Shown here: in pieces, positions 59,855-64,000 of the stretch
How the letters are laid out: each line of letters begins with the position of its first letter
Numbering within the stretch: position 1 is the stretch's first letter
Origin: Eledone cirrhosa
Taxonomy: Eukaryota
DNA length: 64,000 nt
Direction: 5' to 3'
NCBI GenBank assembly: GCA_964016885.1
Contig: CAXHJY010001146.1
Location: 15,487-79,486, forward strand
The notes under the pieces: generated by a model
Told to the model about the DNA's origin: nothing
What the model saw: only the letters and a program-made list of their open reading frames with translations
The model's database searches: none
Program-made: the position numbers and the translations under genes

Positions 59855-60754
59855 GTGTGTGTGTGTGTGTGCATATATATATTTGCATATATATGTGCAT
59901 ACATATATATATATGCATATATATATGAATATATATATTTATATATACATATGTGCATATATATATATATATATTCACACTGGTCAATGAATCATGAGAG
60001 TCATGTCACAATGATCATGTATGTATGTGTATGTATGCACATCAATATATTTCTCAGTATATATATTTTTGATTGTCTACATGCCCATGGTGCACAGGCG
60101 CAGAATGTATATAGCTAATTAGAAGATAGATATATATTATCTATACGTGGATATGTCTAACTTAGCTCTCGCTGTCTGTATATCCGTATGTCTACTTTAT
60201 CTGTATGTGTGTATATCTAACTTATCTGAGTTTTTGTGTGTCTACCATATCGTTATGTGTGTGTTTGCGTGTGTGTCTATGCCTACCTTGTCTCTGTGTG
60301 AATGTATGCGTTTGTGTGCGCCTGTGTGTACACAGATTATAATAGGGTTTCCGACAAACAAGTTGAGCCATTGTAACACTATATTTACACACAGTTTGTG
60401 ATTCTAGGAAAGGCAGTTTTATCCAATAATGTCGGTTGTAAGCGGAGGGACATTTTCTTTTCCAAACTGAAAACTATCATTGATTTGGCTTCGATGGATA
60501 GCTTGTTACCAAGGAAACATTTCTGTATGAATGGTGTTGATTGAATGTCTTTAACTACGTCTTTGCATTATTGGATTGTTTCAATAGATATTACACACCT
60601 AGCAGTGAAATTGAAATCAAACTATAGACTAAAGGATGAATACGATTGCTTGCTTGTGTTTGAAATACCATAGCTTGGGATAGTCTTGGATATAGTTGAT
60701 ATAGCTCACATGTTATATATATAAACACACATACACACACATACACTCACACAC

Positions 60755-63726
<2,972 letters not shown>

Positions 63727-64000
63727 TTGTTATACTTTGGGAGGGTCATGTTGCCAATAAGAAACACACGCACCAGTTGCTTTCACTTCAATTTATTATA
63801 TATTTATAAATTTACAAATTTATAAATCTATAAATTTCTGGTTGGTTGGTTGGTTCCACAACCAGATAGTTGTTTATATATAGTTATAGTCCTTTCGTCA
63901 CACACTCTGTGACCTCTTCAGTGACTGGGGATTCCTTTCTTTGTTTCTGTGCCTCTCCTTTGTTCTGTCCTACGCCATTTTGTTTCTGCGTGTGTGTTGT
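63727..64000 (-). mobile_element. Family A pLTR/3' UTR running off the window; intact-core HHR at 63882-63926
   Basis: Homologous to 11119-11395. Confidence 0.9.

Overview
This is AT-rich eukaryotic, almost certainly animal, intergenic or intronic DNA. The SINE families present resemble cephalopod (octopus-type) tRNA-derived SINEs; that assignment is an inference from remembered motifs. I found no host protein-coding gene: nearly all long ORFs are translations of (TA)n, (TG)n or (TACA)n microsatellites. Real coding remnants are all retroelements: an R4/Dong-type RLE LINE end (1-1242), two unrelated Penelope-like elements (RT plus C-terminal GIY-YIG; 5233-8262 and 51445-54010), and a near-complete but frameshifted APE-RT LINE (31497-35377). 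That LINE's ORF1 appears to combine a Myb/SANT-trihelix domain with a CCCH finger. The main signal, read by eye on both strands, is a dense set of minimal type I hammerhead ribozyme (HHR) motifs: more than 30 copies from about 12 unrelated sequence families, nearly all in small inserts within (TA)n tracts. The largest is a 6.4 kb array of about 14 essentially identical 466-bp HHR-containing units that flips orientation once (13543-19970). A second, unrelated 310-bp HHR tandem lies at 47473-48205. Both look like non-coding, Penelope-mobilised retrozyme-type elements, with predicted self-cleaving and possibly circular RNA. Coordinates were counted by hand and may be off by a few bases.
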